From Ramazzottius varieornatus (taxonomy: Eukaryota > Animalia > Tardigrada), in contig BDGG01000004.1 in NCBI GenBank assembly GCA_001949185.1, forward strand, positions 397,620 through 461,619: a stretch of DNA of 64,000 nucleotides, read 5' to 3'. Below, piece after piece: positions 23,401 through 39,114 of this stretch. Position numbers and translations under genes: made by a program. Within the stretch, counting starts at the first letter, position 1; the number at the start of each line of letters is the position of its first letter. The notes under the pieces were generated by a model that worked only from the letters and a program-made list of their open reading frames with translations, ran no database searches and was not told the origin of the DNA.

Positions 23401-24686
23401 TTTCTGCAAAATGTCGCGCAGCATCAGTACTTCCCTGTTGTCGTTTCCCTTTTTTAGGACAACAGACTACCTCATTTGCACATCCAAAAATAACCCCCAC
23501 ATATTTTATAAGCTACCCTATTTGAATAATTTAATTATAAAGCAATCGTTCTGCAGTTTAGCTGACATTTCCGTGTGCTGTTATGAAACGCTGTAACTGA
23601 TGAGCGAGTTAAATAAAGTAGTAATCAACACTTGACGGCGACAGCGCTTATTCAGCCATACCAACTGCACATGATATTCCCCCACCACCGACTCAAAAGT
23701 TAAAACTCATCCTTGAGTAAGCATAAACATGTTACGAAAGCAAATTGATCGTGAAGTATCCCCGAGAAGTCCTCTCGTCGCTTCCAACCATTGCCAACTG
23801 ATCAGCATCTCTTATCCTTCGTCAAAGCTAGTTATGATGATCTTCAAGATGCATTCTGTCCTTCGTAACATTTATGAACTTGTGATAGCTAGACAGTTCG
23901 GGTGGATTAAATCATGAACGGACACATTCCCGCGGTGAGAAATCACAGCTGTTCTTTTTCGGTACGTCCTTCTGTGTAACTGTGTTGCTTTTTAGAGGGA
24001 TGACGTGGGGAGTTAGTTTATACCATTGAGTCGAAAATGACTTGTGTCGGCACAGTTGGACATATTCTCAAGGGAATATGGAGCGAGTAATCGTTAAAGA
24101 AAACAGCTGTTACGCAGTGTGTGTTTTTTCTTCCATTATCAAAGCCCGATATACTCCTTCGATGTGCTGTTTGATCGGTAATCGGAGTCTTGGTAAACAA
24201 CTTAAAAATAAGAACTCTGCAATATTGTATAGACGGTCCTTCAACGTAGGCTATGACCCCGCAAGCTCTTGTACTAAATTCTGGCCGTGCAGTGCATTCT
24301 TGGGTAACCCAGACGTGTATTACTGCTGCGTCCCAAAATTTTAGCAGACTGCAGCTGACTACTTCTGATTTGGTTGCGAAACCTGTTCAGAACTTCTGTC
24401 TTTATGGTATGATTTCGGAGAAAGACTGAAGATTACTCATACAGACGATGTGCGTTTTTCAAATCAACCATATACTTACCATTCGTTGTCAGAGCGAAAG
24501 CTAAGTGCGAGCTGACTCACAATGATTCAACCCTGGATGTACTCTAATGTTACAGTTTTGAGAAATCCTTTCCAAGCAGATTTAAGAGAAAGTAAGACAG
24601 CAGGCCTTTTCATACTTGAGTCAGCTCATTACGACCATCTTGATAGCTTGGTCATGCTCTGACAACCGGACATTTTAGTTGTACCA

Positions 24687-24720
24687 TTTCCTTCCTTACT
24701 TTCCTTCCTTCCTTCCTTCC
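24687..24720. repeat. (TTCC)n microsatellite
   Basis: tttccttccttactttccttccttccttccttcc. Confidence 0.8.
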
Positions 24721-26195
24721 GAATTTTGCCGCTATATTTAACTCTGTTGTATTACTTGGAACTTCGGTCTAGTAAACGACGTGGCAGGCAGGCAGCCTTT
24801 GCATTTTGTAACGCCGCTTAACGAGGCCGTTGCGGAGATTAAGCTCTGGCGTTGGCGGGAAAAAAGGCAGTGGCAGACATGTTTACAGCTGCTTTCCATC
24901 CTTCAACTGCCGCCACGGATGCATAATGTGCTCTTCTGCGCATCTTCCACTTGTATCTTTCTTGCTCTTCTTCTTCGCTCCCAGGGCAACTTGAGCTCAT
25001 AGCCAGCTGAGCTCATTTTCCCAGTGCATCGTTTTCGAAACGCTAAAGCGTGTCGCCAGTATGTCTAGCACAACTCTCCAGTGCTGACTTCCTTCTTTTC
25101 ACTGAGCTTTCTCTCCGTCGGTGTTACGACGTAGAAGACATAGTTATGTGCCAGATGCGTTGTGGGACAGGAAGAAGCCTAGTCTTTGGATAGACGTCCC
25201 GGAAAGCTTACTCCCTTGAATTATCGAAATTGCTTCCGGCAACTTGACACATTACCGCGACGTTTATTGTCTGTCTTCAGTGAGCCGGTTATCGTAATCT
25301 CTGAAGCCATTCTGCAATCTCTTTCGGGTTCCTTCATCTTTTTCGCCTATTGTGTGTACGATCCTTTAGAACTAGGAGTCCAGCGCGAACTTGGTAAGAT
25401 CCGACGAACCTGTCATTCCTCCTAAACTTTTGAATAATGACGTAGACCTTAGAGATTGCTCTCCGATTATCTCTCAGCTCCCAGCTCCTAAAATTCAACT
25501 CGAGTCTTTCTTAGACACAGCATTCGAATTTTTTGGTAAAGACTGATGCTTTTTTTCTCGAGATTTGTGTATGACCAATCTCAGCTCCGTTTCTTAGCTT
25601 CTGGAAAGTTGACCGACGCGAGCTGTTTTTTGAGGGACTAACTTGTAACACGGAAAGTTTTCCGGGATGCGGATTTTGCGTAGCTGCGATGATTATTTTC
25701 GACTGTTTTTGGGGATTCAGAGCTGATGGTAATATTTTGCTGTCAGTGGTAGAAAGGCGGAAGCGAGGTAGAGCTCCGTGGCATCTTGGCCCGCATAACG
25801 ATGCTGAGCCCGTTTCGTGTAATGACATCCGAAAGTCCTATATTTCAAGCTTCCGCACTTCACAGAGAAGCCGGCATCGCATCTATCACTTTCATGCAAA
25901 TGCCAACTCGCTGATGTTAGGCTTAGTCAGTCACGCGTAGGATCTCGCTGACTAAACTATTTTTTCCCAGAAAATAATACTGACACAACCCAATCAGCAA
26001 TTCACGGGGGACCAACGCTTGCCAAAAAACTGATTTGCTGCAAATCTCAACGCCTTCATACTGGACGGCACTTTATCTTTCTGAGACACTCCATCCATTC
26101 ATCATAGTAAGAAAGGCTAGCCGAAGAACCAGACCGGAAATCACAACTGTCGAGCTTACTTTTTTTCAAAAGATAAATGAAATTAAGACCTAACG

Positions 26196-26254
26196 TCACA
26201 AAGAAATCATAGCGAAAATAAGACTTTCACAAAGAAATCATAGCGAAAATAAGA
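26196..26254. repeat. Two-copy tandem duplication with a 31-bp period
   Basis: TCACAAAGAAATCATAGCGAAAATAAGA at 26196 and 26227. Confidence 0.9.
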
Positions 26255-26665
26255 TTTGTGGAAAAGTTTGAAATTGCCCTCCTTGGTGTAGTGAAGTATC
26301 GGGAACTGTCCTAATGCTGGATCGCTACCGGCATTTCCTCTTGGTTGGTTCTGAGGTGACTTTCTGGGGGTTTGTTTTTGTTGTTGCCATGCGAAGATTC
26401 GAAAGTTTAGAACCTAGCTGTCCTTCCTTGGAAGTTAATTTAGCCGAGTTCGGTTTCGAATTCGAGTGTTAACTGTTAAGAAAAACTTGATATTTGTATA
26501 CTCACTACTTTCATCCTTTGATTCTGATCTTTTGAATTTGCAGATGACAAGGACCCTTTGATTCCCTTATTAAAGACCAAGACATATTCCCAACTCAAAC
26601 TGATTGACTGACGACCCAACTGGGATCCTAGTGCCTTCGGCGGTGTCCCGCTCTAAAGCTCGAAA

Positions 26666-31192
<4,527 letters not shown>

Positions 31193-33930
31193 TGAAGATG
31201 CCGGTGCTTTTTCTGTTGGTACTTCACTCTGTGCATGGTTTTTTCACTGCTGCCGCCCCCCTTTACTTGATATTCTATCACTCGTACAGTTCTATTTCTT
31301 CAGCTTTTTCTGTGAAGGTTCATGTTCTCCCGACTCTTATTTGTACCGGTGAGAAGAGGGGCTTGTTTGAATCTGTACACAATACAGGGTATTTTGTTCT
31401 GAGTGTCAAAGTGCTTTCTGCTCCCTGAACGTGTATTGATGGCTACAGTGAGTAAGCGCTGCAACGTCAACGATTTCAGTACGAGTACGCCATAAAAAAA
31501 TCATCTTTCCGTATGGATGAAAATCAGAGTTGTGGCACAGTGGAAAAGTGACAGAGTTCAGTGCGTTGTAACAAAGGCTTGATATTCCCATATCCAACCG
31601 GGAACCCAAGACCTATAACTGTGAGTAGCAACATCTACAGTAGATAGTCATGAGCTAAATCAGAGAAGGCCGAAAAAATCAAACCGACTACATCGAACGA
31701 GATACTCTGTATGCAACGCTGTCAGCTTCGTGAGTTATTCGACTGGACTGCACCCATGGAATCGCCACAAGTAACAACAGAAGCGCATGAAATCTCCGAC
31801 TCTGTAACAAGATGAAGCTGATCAGTTGAATGTGTGTTCAACTGAATTCCTTCATACGACCAATTTTGATGACTCCACCACAACTTGTTTCTGAGATCGG
31901 ACCTGTGATACTAGATGCTGGTATCCTGTGCGGATTTTTCAAAGCCACAAAAAATTCAGCAGTAGGTGCATGTTATGGGTCCAGGATGAGCTATGGATAA
32001 GCACTTTCAGCTCCTGCGAAACTATTCGCTTTTCAACTGCCCACCACAAAATTCTTACTTCTTTCCCGTATTTTTTACAATAAGACATCGTTGTTTTGCC
32101 ATACGGGAGCCACATGCATCGTTCGTTTTCAGGGACCACATTGGGGCTGCCTGATGCCTCTGGACAGATCCTTGCGTCACGCAGATAGTATGTTGCAACA
32201 GCACAGCGGGAAGTTTTATCCTTAAGTGGCTGATCTTTGGTACACGTGTACGTACGGTCGATATGCACATGCGTGTTTAGCTCAACATCTTGGGCACGCG
32301 ACGGGAAGCGCTTCGTACAGGTTTAGACCACGGATCTGCCATGGTTAATGTTTTCCCGGAGGTCCTGAATTTCGCTAGGGATGCCCTTAAGTTGAGGACT
32401 GTACTGTAGTGAAAAAGTGCACATTTCGAGCTGGAATACAGTGTGACTTCTAGAACCGTAGTACATTATGTCATGGCTAACGTAGAACGGGGAGATGGTT
32501 TCGACCCTCAAGTGGAGCATCTGTCTTCCGCTCGCTGGTTGCAGATCACTACTTTGGGATCCAATTCCCTATTGCCAACCCCTACATGGAATCACAAAGG
32601 CTCGTAGACCGTTGTACATTGCCGTAAATTTTCTTTGAGTGTAATCGTGAACAACTCTCACTGAACTTCCGGCAATGAAGAGATCTCAGCTGTTTCGCAT
32701 CGTTCAATATCATCCACAGGAGATCTCTAAAATTAGGAAAGAGTGTGAAGAACATAAAATTGCTTTACGGATGAAAAATGTGTCAACCAAATGCTTAAGC
32801 CAGGGCATTTCAGTTCGAATTTGATCAGCTCGGTTACTATGCGAGTTACCGGACTGCCTACCAAATCTTCCAAACTAGGTCACCGTTATGAAACGATATT
32901 TTCGCGATTAGATCAACTCAGCCACGCTTCCGATCTGAAGATTTGAAGTACAGGGTGTTTTAGTCTTGGGAATGATTTCTTGTTCGTGGAATTTCCTTGC
33001 ATGGCTGATCTCGGTTCTATTGATAGAAGAGGAAGCTATTGCTCTGGCTGCTGTCGTGATAACGGTTGGCAAGAGCTGTTTGCGTTATGGCGGGGGGCTT
33101 ACTGTCTCGTTCTACCGAACTTGGCTCCTACTAGTTTTGAACTTGAGGGTCGATCCGAAGTTCTGAACAATTAGAGCCACCTCAGCCCATAGAGTACCAT
33201 TCTTTACTCTTCGCGACTTTCTGAGATGCCCGCATTTAAACCGAGTAAGGTTGAAGGATACGGCTGCCATAAGAGTAAGAGTTGTTTTCTGGATGTTTAG
33301 CCCTGTGAGCTGGCTGAAGGCAGCGACGCGTTAAACCACAGCCGAGAGAGTAGGGATGGTTATTGCCGTAAGCGGGTGGAGATTTCCCTGTGGACGGACG
33401 TTTATTCAGGCAATCAGCGAACGCCTTTCACTCCGAACTTTCTGTACAGATGGATATACACGACAGGGTGGATGTGCCATCGATCGCAGCGCTTAATATA
33501 AGAGCATTCGGCTCAAGTCTTGATTCAATTACTGTTACGTCACTAACACCCTTTCTACCGTGGCGATTTACCCGAGATACAAGAAACAGTGGTTTGACGT
33601 CACGTTGTGCTGGCGACAAAAGATGAGCTTTTTGTCTGGGCTGTTAGACGACCCGTCTCAGCCAACCTGACGCAGCAATCACTGTGGTTGAGATACACTG
33701 CCTCCAAGGAAAAACCGACCCCCCTACTCTTTCGCTCAAAAATTCATGACTTTAGACCCGACACTCTGATTTCTAAACTTGGAAGTGATCCTTGATGCTC
33801 ACTGTTTGTTCAACGCGATCACGTGACTTTCCGAAAAGGCGATCAACGAATCAACCGGTATGGTAAAGTTCGCCATCATCGAAAAATAACGTACTTTTGG
33901 AGCTGTATTTGTACAGAAGCTGTACAGGTA

Positions 33931-34186
33931 CAGTCCGGTCGCTGGGAATCTGGAAAAAAATTTTCGATTTCAAAATGGGCAAATCATGTGAAGTTCACGG
34001 TACTGCGCGCCATGCCTATACAATCAGGAACCTGCGACTTGATTGTTTGATTACACCCGTCAAAGCACGGTGTAATATATGTGTTATGTAATTTTGGCCC
34101 TGGGCTTGGCCTGCTGTATCGTGAACGAAGAGCGGGCTTCAAACTGGAGTCGAAAACTTTTGTCCAGATTTCGAGCGACCGGACTG
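33931..34186. mobile_element. Tc1/mariner-type MITE, TA-flanked
   Basis: TA-CAGTCCGGTCGCTGGGAATCTGGAAAAAAATTTTCGATTTCA ... TGGAGTCGAAAACTTTTGTCCAGATTTCGAGCGACCGGACTG-TA, plus inner GTTCACGGTAC / GTATCGTGAAC. Confidence 0.75.
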
Positions 34187-35420
34187 TATCATAGTAGGTA
34201 CATGTGTGCAAAACGTGCTTGATTAACCATAGGAGACTCCCAATCGGACGAAAAACAATAAACCTTTCTGCACGAAAGGAGAATTTACAGAGAGTCAGAG
34301 AGGAAATTTGCGCGAGTTCGACTTTCGTACCCCTTTTTGACCTCTCAGAGCGCTCCAAATTGGAAAACCACATGTTAGTAGCAGATGATGCATTCAATTA
34401 TCTACAGAACTGTGTCAGCCGAACTTGTATCCCAGGTCCTCAACGGGAGCAGATCTGGACAGAGACAGAGGACGTTCAAAACTTGACCAGTGGCCGCTCC
34501 TATCAGTCATAATGTGAGAGAAGCCTGTTCTGCCCAGTCTTCCTACTCGAACATAAGACCTGGTCTTCTGTTTTGCTTTACCTCGATGGCCTACAAGATC
34601 ATCAGCTGATCACTCGTAAGCAGAGCTCAAGAGGGACAAGAGAGCTCGAAGCGTTTTTAGCGCTCATCATTTTACGGAGTGTGAGATTGAGACCTCAAAC
34701 TTTAATTCCTCCTTCCATCCCGTACGTGCGGCCACTATTGAGCCCCGCTTAATAATACACTGTGCTTGCCATTAGAGATGGAAAAAGTGTGATTTTCAAG
34801 AGTCCTTCAAACAGTCTAAAACTAATCATAAGCCCACCATAGCCCAGCCTGCAAAGTGGGTCCAAGCTTTCTCCCCCACGTGCAGATGCCGTTCTGAGGG
34901 TACTGCAACCCTCCGCTTCCATGTATGCATATTGGTGCTGGAAGCCATGACCGCAGTATGTAGCTTGTAAGTACCCGTAACAAGCCCGGTCTCGATCTGC
35001 AACAAGAAATGAATCCGGTCGAAAGCATGTCGGCCGAATGTTTTGTGAAAACTACTGCTTAATGCTGTTGTTACTACGAGGAGAATATATCGTTGTTGTC
35101 CATGTAAAATCGCATGGCGGAGTTGTCCACTCTGAAAAAGTTACACAGAAGCGTGAACGATAACTTGACTGAGTAACATCAGGTGATGTTTCGAAAACAG
35201 GATTTTTAACATTGCGGTGACTGTCCCTCTTCCCAGCGGATGTTTCTCAACGAAGCCGCTCTTCTTTCGTGTATACCATGTTTGACAAATAGGCCGATGT
35301 TTTCCCTGTCGGATAAACCAAAACCAGTAAGGTCTGCTCAGCGGTCCATGAGTTCTGGGGTGGACAACACCACCGTAGATTTCACATGGACAACTCCGAC
35401 ATATTCTCCTCGTACTATTA

Positions 35421-35811
35421 CTAGCAAGTGGTATACCACTGGACAGCCGAGCTCAGCCTAGGCCCAACCAGAAGAAAAAAATCCGGACGAATCCAGACAA
35501 ACCTCAGCAGTTCTCAGCCTGGAGGTGAACGCCCTGTGGACGGCCAAAATAGACGCCCAAAATTAACGATAATTGATAATTCAAACGTACTGTATGTAGC
35601 TGGAGGCACACGTCCAAATGGACGTCTACATCCAGCTTACATACAGTACGTCAGGAGTATCTGCAAGCAATGTTTATGCGGGTGCATTAAAGTGCATTTG
35701 AGTGTGAGCATTTGGCTCCGAGTCCGCCTCAAAAAGTGCCATCACGTGGGTGGTCAAACTTAACATTGCCCGAGGCTCCCTTTGAACACGCCTCGCTTCG
35801 CTCGGCTAGAA
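35421..35811 (-). mobile_element. Non-autonomous Helitron/Helentron-type element related to 12845-13045
   Basis: The minus strand begins TTCTAGCCGAGCGAAGCGAGGCG and ends GCTCGGCTGTCCAGTGGTATACCACTTGCTAG|T (subterminal inverted repeat, AGTGGT..ACCACT hairpin, CTAG terminus). Confidence 0.6.
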
Positions 35812-36506
35812 GCTAGAGTTGAGAAACAGGTGGCTAACACGCCATCTGTCGGCGAAAACTAAAAGGTTTGCTTAGATTGTCCAGATCTGATCGTACCATC
35901 TCTCGGCAGAAATAATCGGTTGATTATCGACAGAGTATTTCTGCGAGAACCGTCGTCGTGGTCCAGGCTGAGCTTCTTTTTGGCATAAAGCATTAGTGTT
36001 GTCGAAATGATTTCGATTCGCTAGAAAATTTTCTTCGTCGCCGAGTGATTTGTGCAAAGCCCCACGGTCATGATGTCACGGTGAGCCAGAGTGGGCGGAG
36101 ACCAACTGGTACACTGTGACAGTAATAATTCCTGGGAATCTTCTGGCTTGAAGTGCTCACAGAAGATTCCGGTCGCGTATCACCAGGGCTGCGTGAGGAA
36201 TGGTGGGAATGAGAATACCTTATCAAGGAAACGTCAGATAAACCCACCAAGTTAAAAAAGAGCTGGTCAAAATGCGTTTTGATTGTTTGATTGTCCGGGC
36301 CGGAAGCCCTGCGCTAGCACAGGCACGAATAACGTTCTTCAACGATGTCCGCCAGCCGAAGTATTTCTCAAGGATATTAGTGACCGACTCAAATCAACGG
36401 ACAATTTCTCTCGCGGCAAACGAAGCGAACCCCCCTTCGTTTCGTGAGCCACAAAAGAATTCACAATTTTTTCAATTCTAAACATTTTTAAATGCATTAT
36501 TGTATT

Positions 36507-36859
36507 AAGTATTATCGTATCGATTACCGCAAACGAGATCTCCAAGAAAAATTTTGCACAAAAATTTTCCGTTTATGTTCTACGGCCTACTTTGCAACTA
36601 ATTTCATGGACGAAACACTTTTACTTCGAATATCATTCTTCGTTCTCGCCCGATTCCTGTGAAACAAGTATCCCTAGCTAGCATAAAGATTACTCTTTTG
36701 GACGAGCATGAGTTTCCAGTGTAAAGCCCGCAACTGAGCAAGAAGAAAAAATGCTGATCAATGTTTTCGAAAAACGTGAGCTGTAAAACCCATGCGGGAC
36801 ATTTTTGCGCAAAATTATTCTTGGAGATCTTGTTTGCGGTAGTCGATGCAGCAATGCTT
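36507..36859. repeat. Diverged 65-bp inverted repeat, probable core of an old MITE
   Basis: AAGTATTATCGTATCGATTACCGCAAACGAGATCTCCAAGAAAAATTTTGCACAAAAA (from 36507) matches the reverse complement of 36795-36859 at roughly 80% by eye. Confidence 0.7.
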
Positions 36860-37046
36860 GGGCTACATTTTAGCTGTTTCGACATCCCCATAAAATTGTC
36901 ACGCGTCGAGAGATCGCAGCCAAAAATAGCCCTCATTTTCTTGTCCGCACCTGATTGCTCACCAGGTTGATTGTCCTAGTGACTTGATGGTAACATGACC
37001 AGAAAGTAGAAAGGTTGCTCTACATGGTAGTGTTTGAGTTATGTGC

Positions 37047-38190
37047 TTACATACGTTCCAGGTCTGGAAGCGCATAGTAAAGCTTCTACCAGAAGAGCTT
37101 TTCACCCTATTCCAGACAGGCGTTCTGCTTCAGGTCCAGGCTCATTCCTCAGGTCGACATCCAGGTTCTGAATATCGCAAAGGAGGACAACAATGATCTT
37201 GTTCTACTTGTCTTTGAAGACCTGCTGGTGCGCTATCTTGAAGTCCAGCTTGGCCCATTCGTGCTTCAGGTGGTTCTCCAACAGTACAAGGACCCTTCTC
37301 TTGCTCAGCTGTACACCTTGGATGATTGACACGGGTGTTCGCATGCCCAGTGAATGGTCTAGGTAGTGAAGGAAGAGCTTCTACTTTGACGACCCAAACT
37401 CCAGTGGAGGAGCCAGTTCGCCCGAGACCAGATGCTCGTCCCAATCGCTTTATGAGATGGAGGCATCACAGATCTCCTTGTTCCAATATTCACTCTCTTC
37501 GTCTTCAGTCCTCATCGACAAACATAACCGTAACCTAAACCGCGAGTACAGCCTCACTTGGATTTTGTATCGGTATCGGAGGATCAATGCGACCAGCACG
37601 ATGACCAGGAAGCAGACACAGCCCAGGACGATGCCGTCCACCTCCATGAAGGACCGGGTGCCGACTCGGACACGACGGAGTGCTGGCTACTTTGGGTGTT
37701 CTGGGCATCGAGCAACGAGCAGTGTTCGAGAGGTCGCTTCATATCGCGTAAAAGGGCGGGATACTGACTTTGGTCGTAGCGTGTGGTGATTGTCCTGGAT
37801 GCTGGGAGCGAATTGGACCAGCCATTCGGTCAGACCCAACTCCCTTTCTTCGTTACACAGGCACTCTTAGACGTTGTTGAGTAGGAAGAGCTCTCTATCT
37901 GGCTGTTGGTCAGGTACAGCGACGCCATCCTGGTCCTTCCGATCGACCGATCGGCGCGTACTCCGGCAGACTGGGAGGCTGGGAGGCTAGGAAGGAGGTT
38001 GCCGTCCAGGTATTCATCGGAGGCTTCCATGGGCAGCATGATGGGCTGGTCGTCGATCGAAACATCATCGACTTGGCACTACAGTCGATGATGTTTCGAT
38101 CCCAGTTACGGTTGTGCTAGCAGGTACAGTGTCGGGACAGGTCATCTTGCAGCCACAAGCCCTGAGTCGAAATAGCAGCTAAAATGCCGA
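37047..38190 (-). pseudogene. Decayed Toll-like receptor (multiple-cysteine-cluster type): Cys cluster/LRRNT, partial LRRs, TM and a complete but broken TIR domain
   Basis: Manual minus-strand translation gives ACGCKMTCPD-CTC*HNRNWDRNIIDCS; LPMEASDEYLDGN..IGRTRMASLYLTNSQIE; TM IVLGCVCFLVIVLVALILRYRYKIQVRLYSRF; and TIR DASIS*SDWDEHLV..ELAPPLE..KLFLHYLD..SIIQGVQLSKRRVLVLLENHLKHEWAKLDFKIAHQQVFKDK*NKIIVVLL..D..CLE*GEKLFW*KLYYALPD. There are at least 6 stops plus frameshifts. Confidence 0.88.
38055..38101. repeat. Perfect 19-bp inverted repeat with a 9-nt spacer inside the Toll pseudogene
   Basis: GATCGAAACATCATCGACT-tggcactac-AGTCGATGATGTTTCGATC. Confidence 0.95.
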
Positions 38191-39012
38191 ATCACTAGAA
38201 GTACCCAATACCACGCATTTGAAGTATGGGCACAAGACTACTGGGTGGCCTTGCCCGATTTAACTTTGCTGTTTTCCTGGTTAGGTGGCCTGCCTGAACA
38301 TGTAGTTCTTGGTGGTAACAGTTGCAGAAGGACGATGCGTTTGCGCCATCTGTAACTTCCGAGAAACGTTTTGGCTTACTGCCCGCGCGGGCTTTGCGGT
38401 ACTCATCCTTTTCTACCCCGCATCAAAGTTCTTCGCTTTGCCGCTCCACGCTTCCAGCTGTATCCCGGTTTTACGGATACTGTATGCAATGTGACTGTTT
38501 ACTAGAGCGTGGGTTCAGCTTAGGGATTAGATGTGGATTTGGTTTGACATGCCTCGCCAGTGATAAACATCCAGGAAGATCACGCCAGCCCATACGTCTG
38601 GCTGGAGGCTATTGCCGCGCTGTACACAACTGATGTAATGACGGATAGATTCCGTCTCATTTAATCACATTGCCCATCCACACTAATGTCAGTCAGTGAC
38701 TCGCATTCCCAAAAGGGTCTCCCAGCTTGATTGGGCCCCACTCGCCAACTCTGTCAGGCTTTTGCTTTGAGTAAACTTCCTGTCAGAAATTGAGTCAGTC
38801 GCGGATAAAGTTCAGCTGCGCCTTCTTCACTCGTCAATAAACTCCCTTTCCACTTCCCTCATTTTCTTCTTCTCTCATTCTTTCACTTCCTTATTCAAAT
38901 CACTGAATCGGATAATGCTGCTATGAACCTTTACAATGTCATGTTTCCCCAGTGAGTTTTTCCCCATCTTGAAACATGGAAACTTCCATCAGCTGAATTG
39001 AAAAATTATGCG

Positions 39013-39114
39013 ATGGATATTCAAACGTACGCCAATGCGGACGATCTGATCAGTAGCAAGGAGCGACCATCTCGCCCAACGTTTATTGCCGTCAAGACTT
39101 GGGAAAACAATAAG
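39013..39114 (+). CDS. Candidate distal first coding exon of the ankyrin gene (MDIQTYANADDLISSKERPSRPTFIAVKTWENNK)
   Basis: An ATG-initiated 34-codon frame ending at the donor AAG|GTACGT in phase 0. It is compatible with the phase-0 acceptor at 49829 ([14 protein letters not shown]), which has no ATG of its own. Confidence 0.4.

Noticed and set aside
26196-26254. 31-bp direct repeat as a CRISPR-like unit
   Set aside because: Only two adjacent copies without a spacer, in a eukaryotic context with no cas genes.
20765-26500. Short ORFs upstream of TTBK
   Set aside because: No recognisable domains. The region is probably TTBK 5' UTR exons, introns and regulatory DNA.
32300-33400. Possible degraded coding or viral sequence on the minus strand
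   Set aside because: The frames are heavily interrupted and no motif could be recognised by eye.
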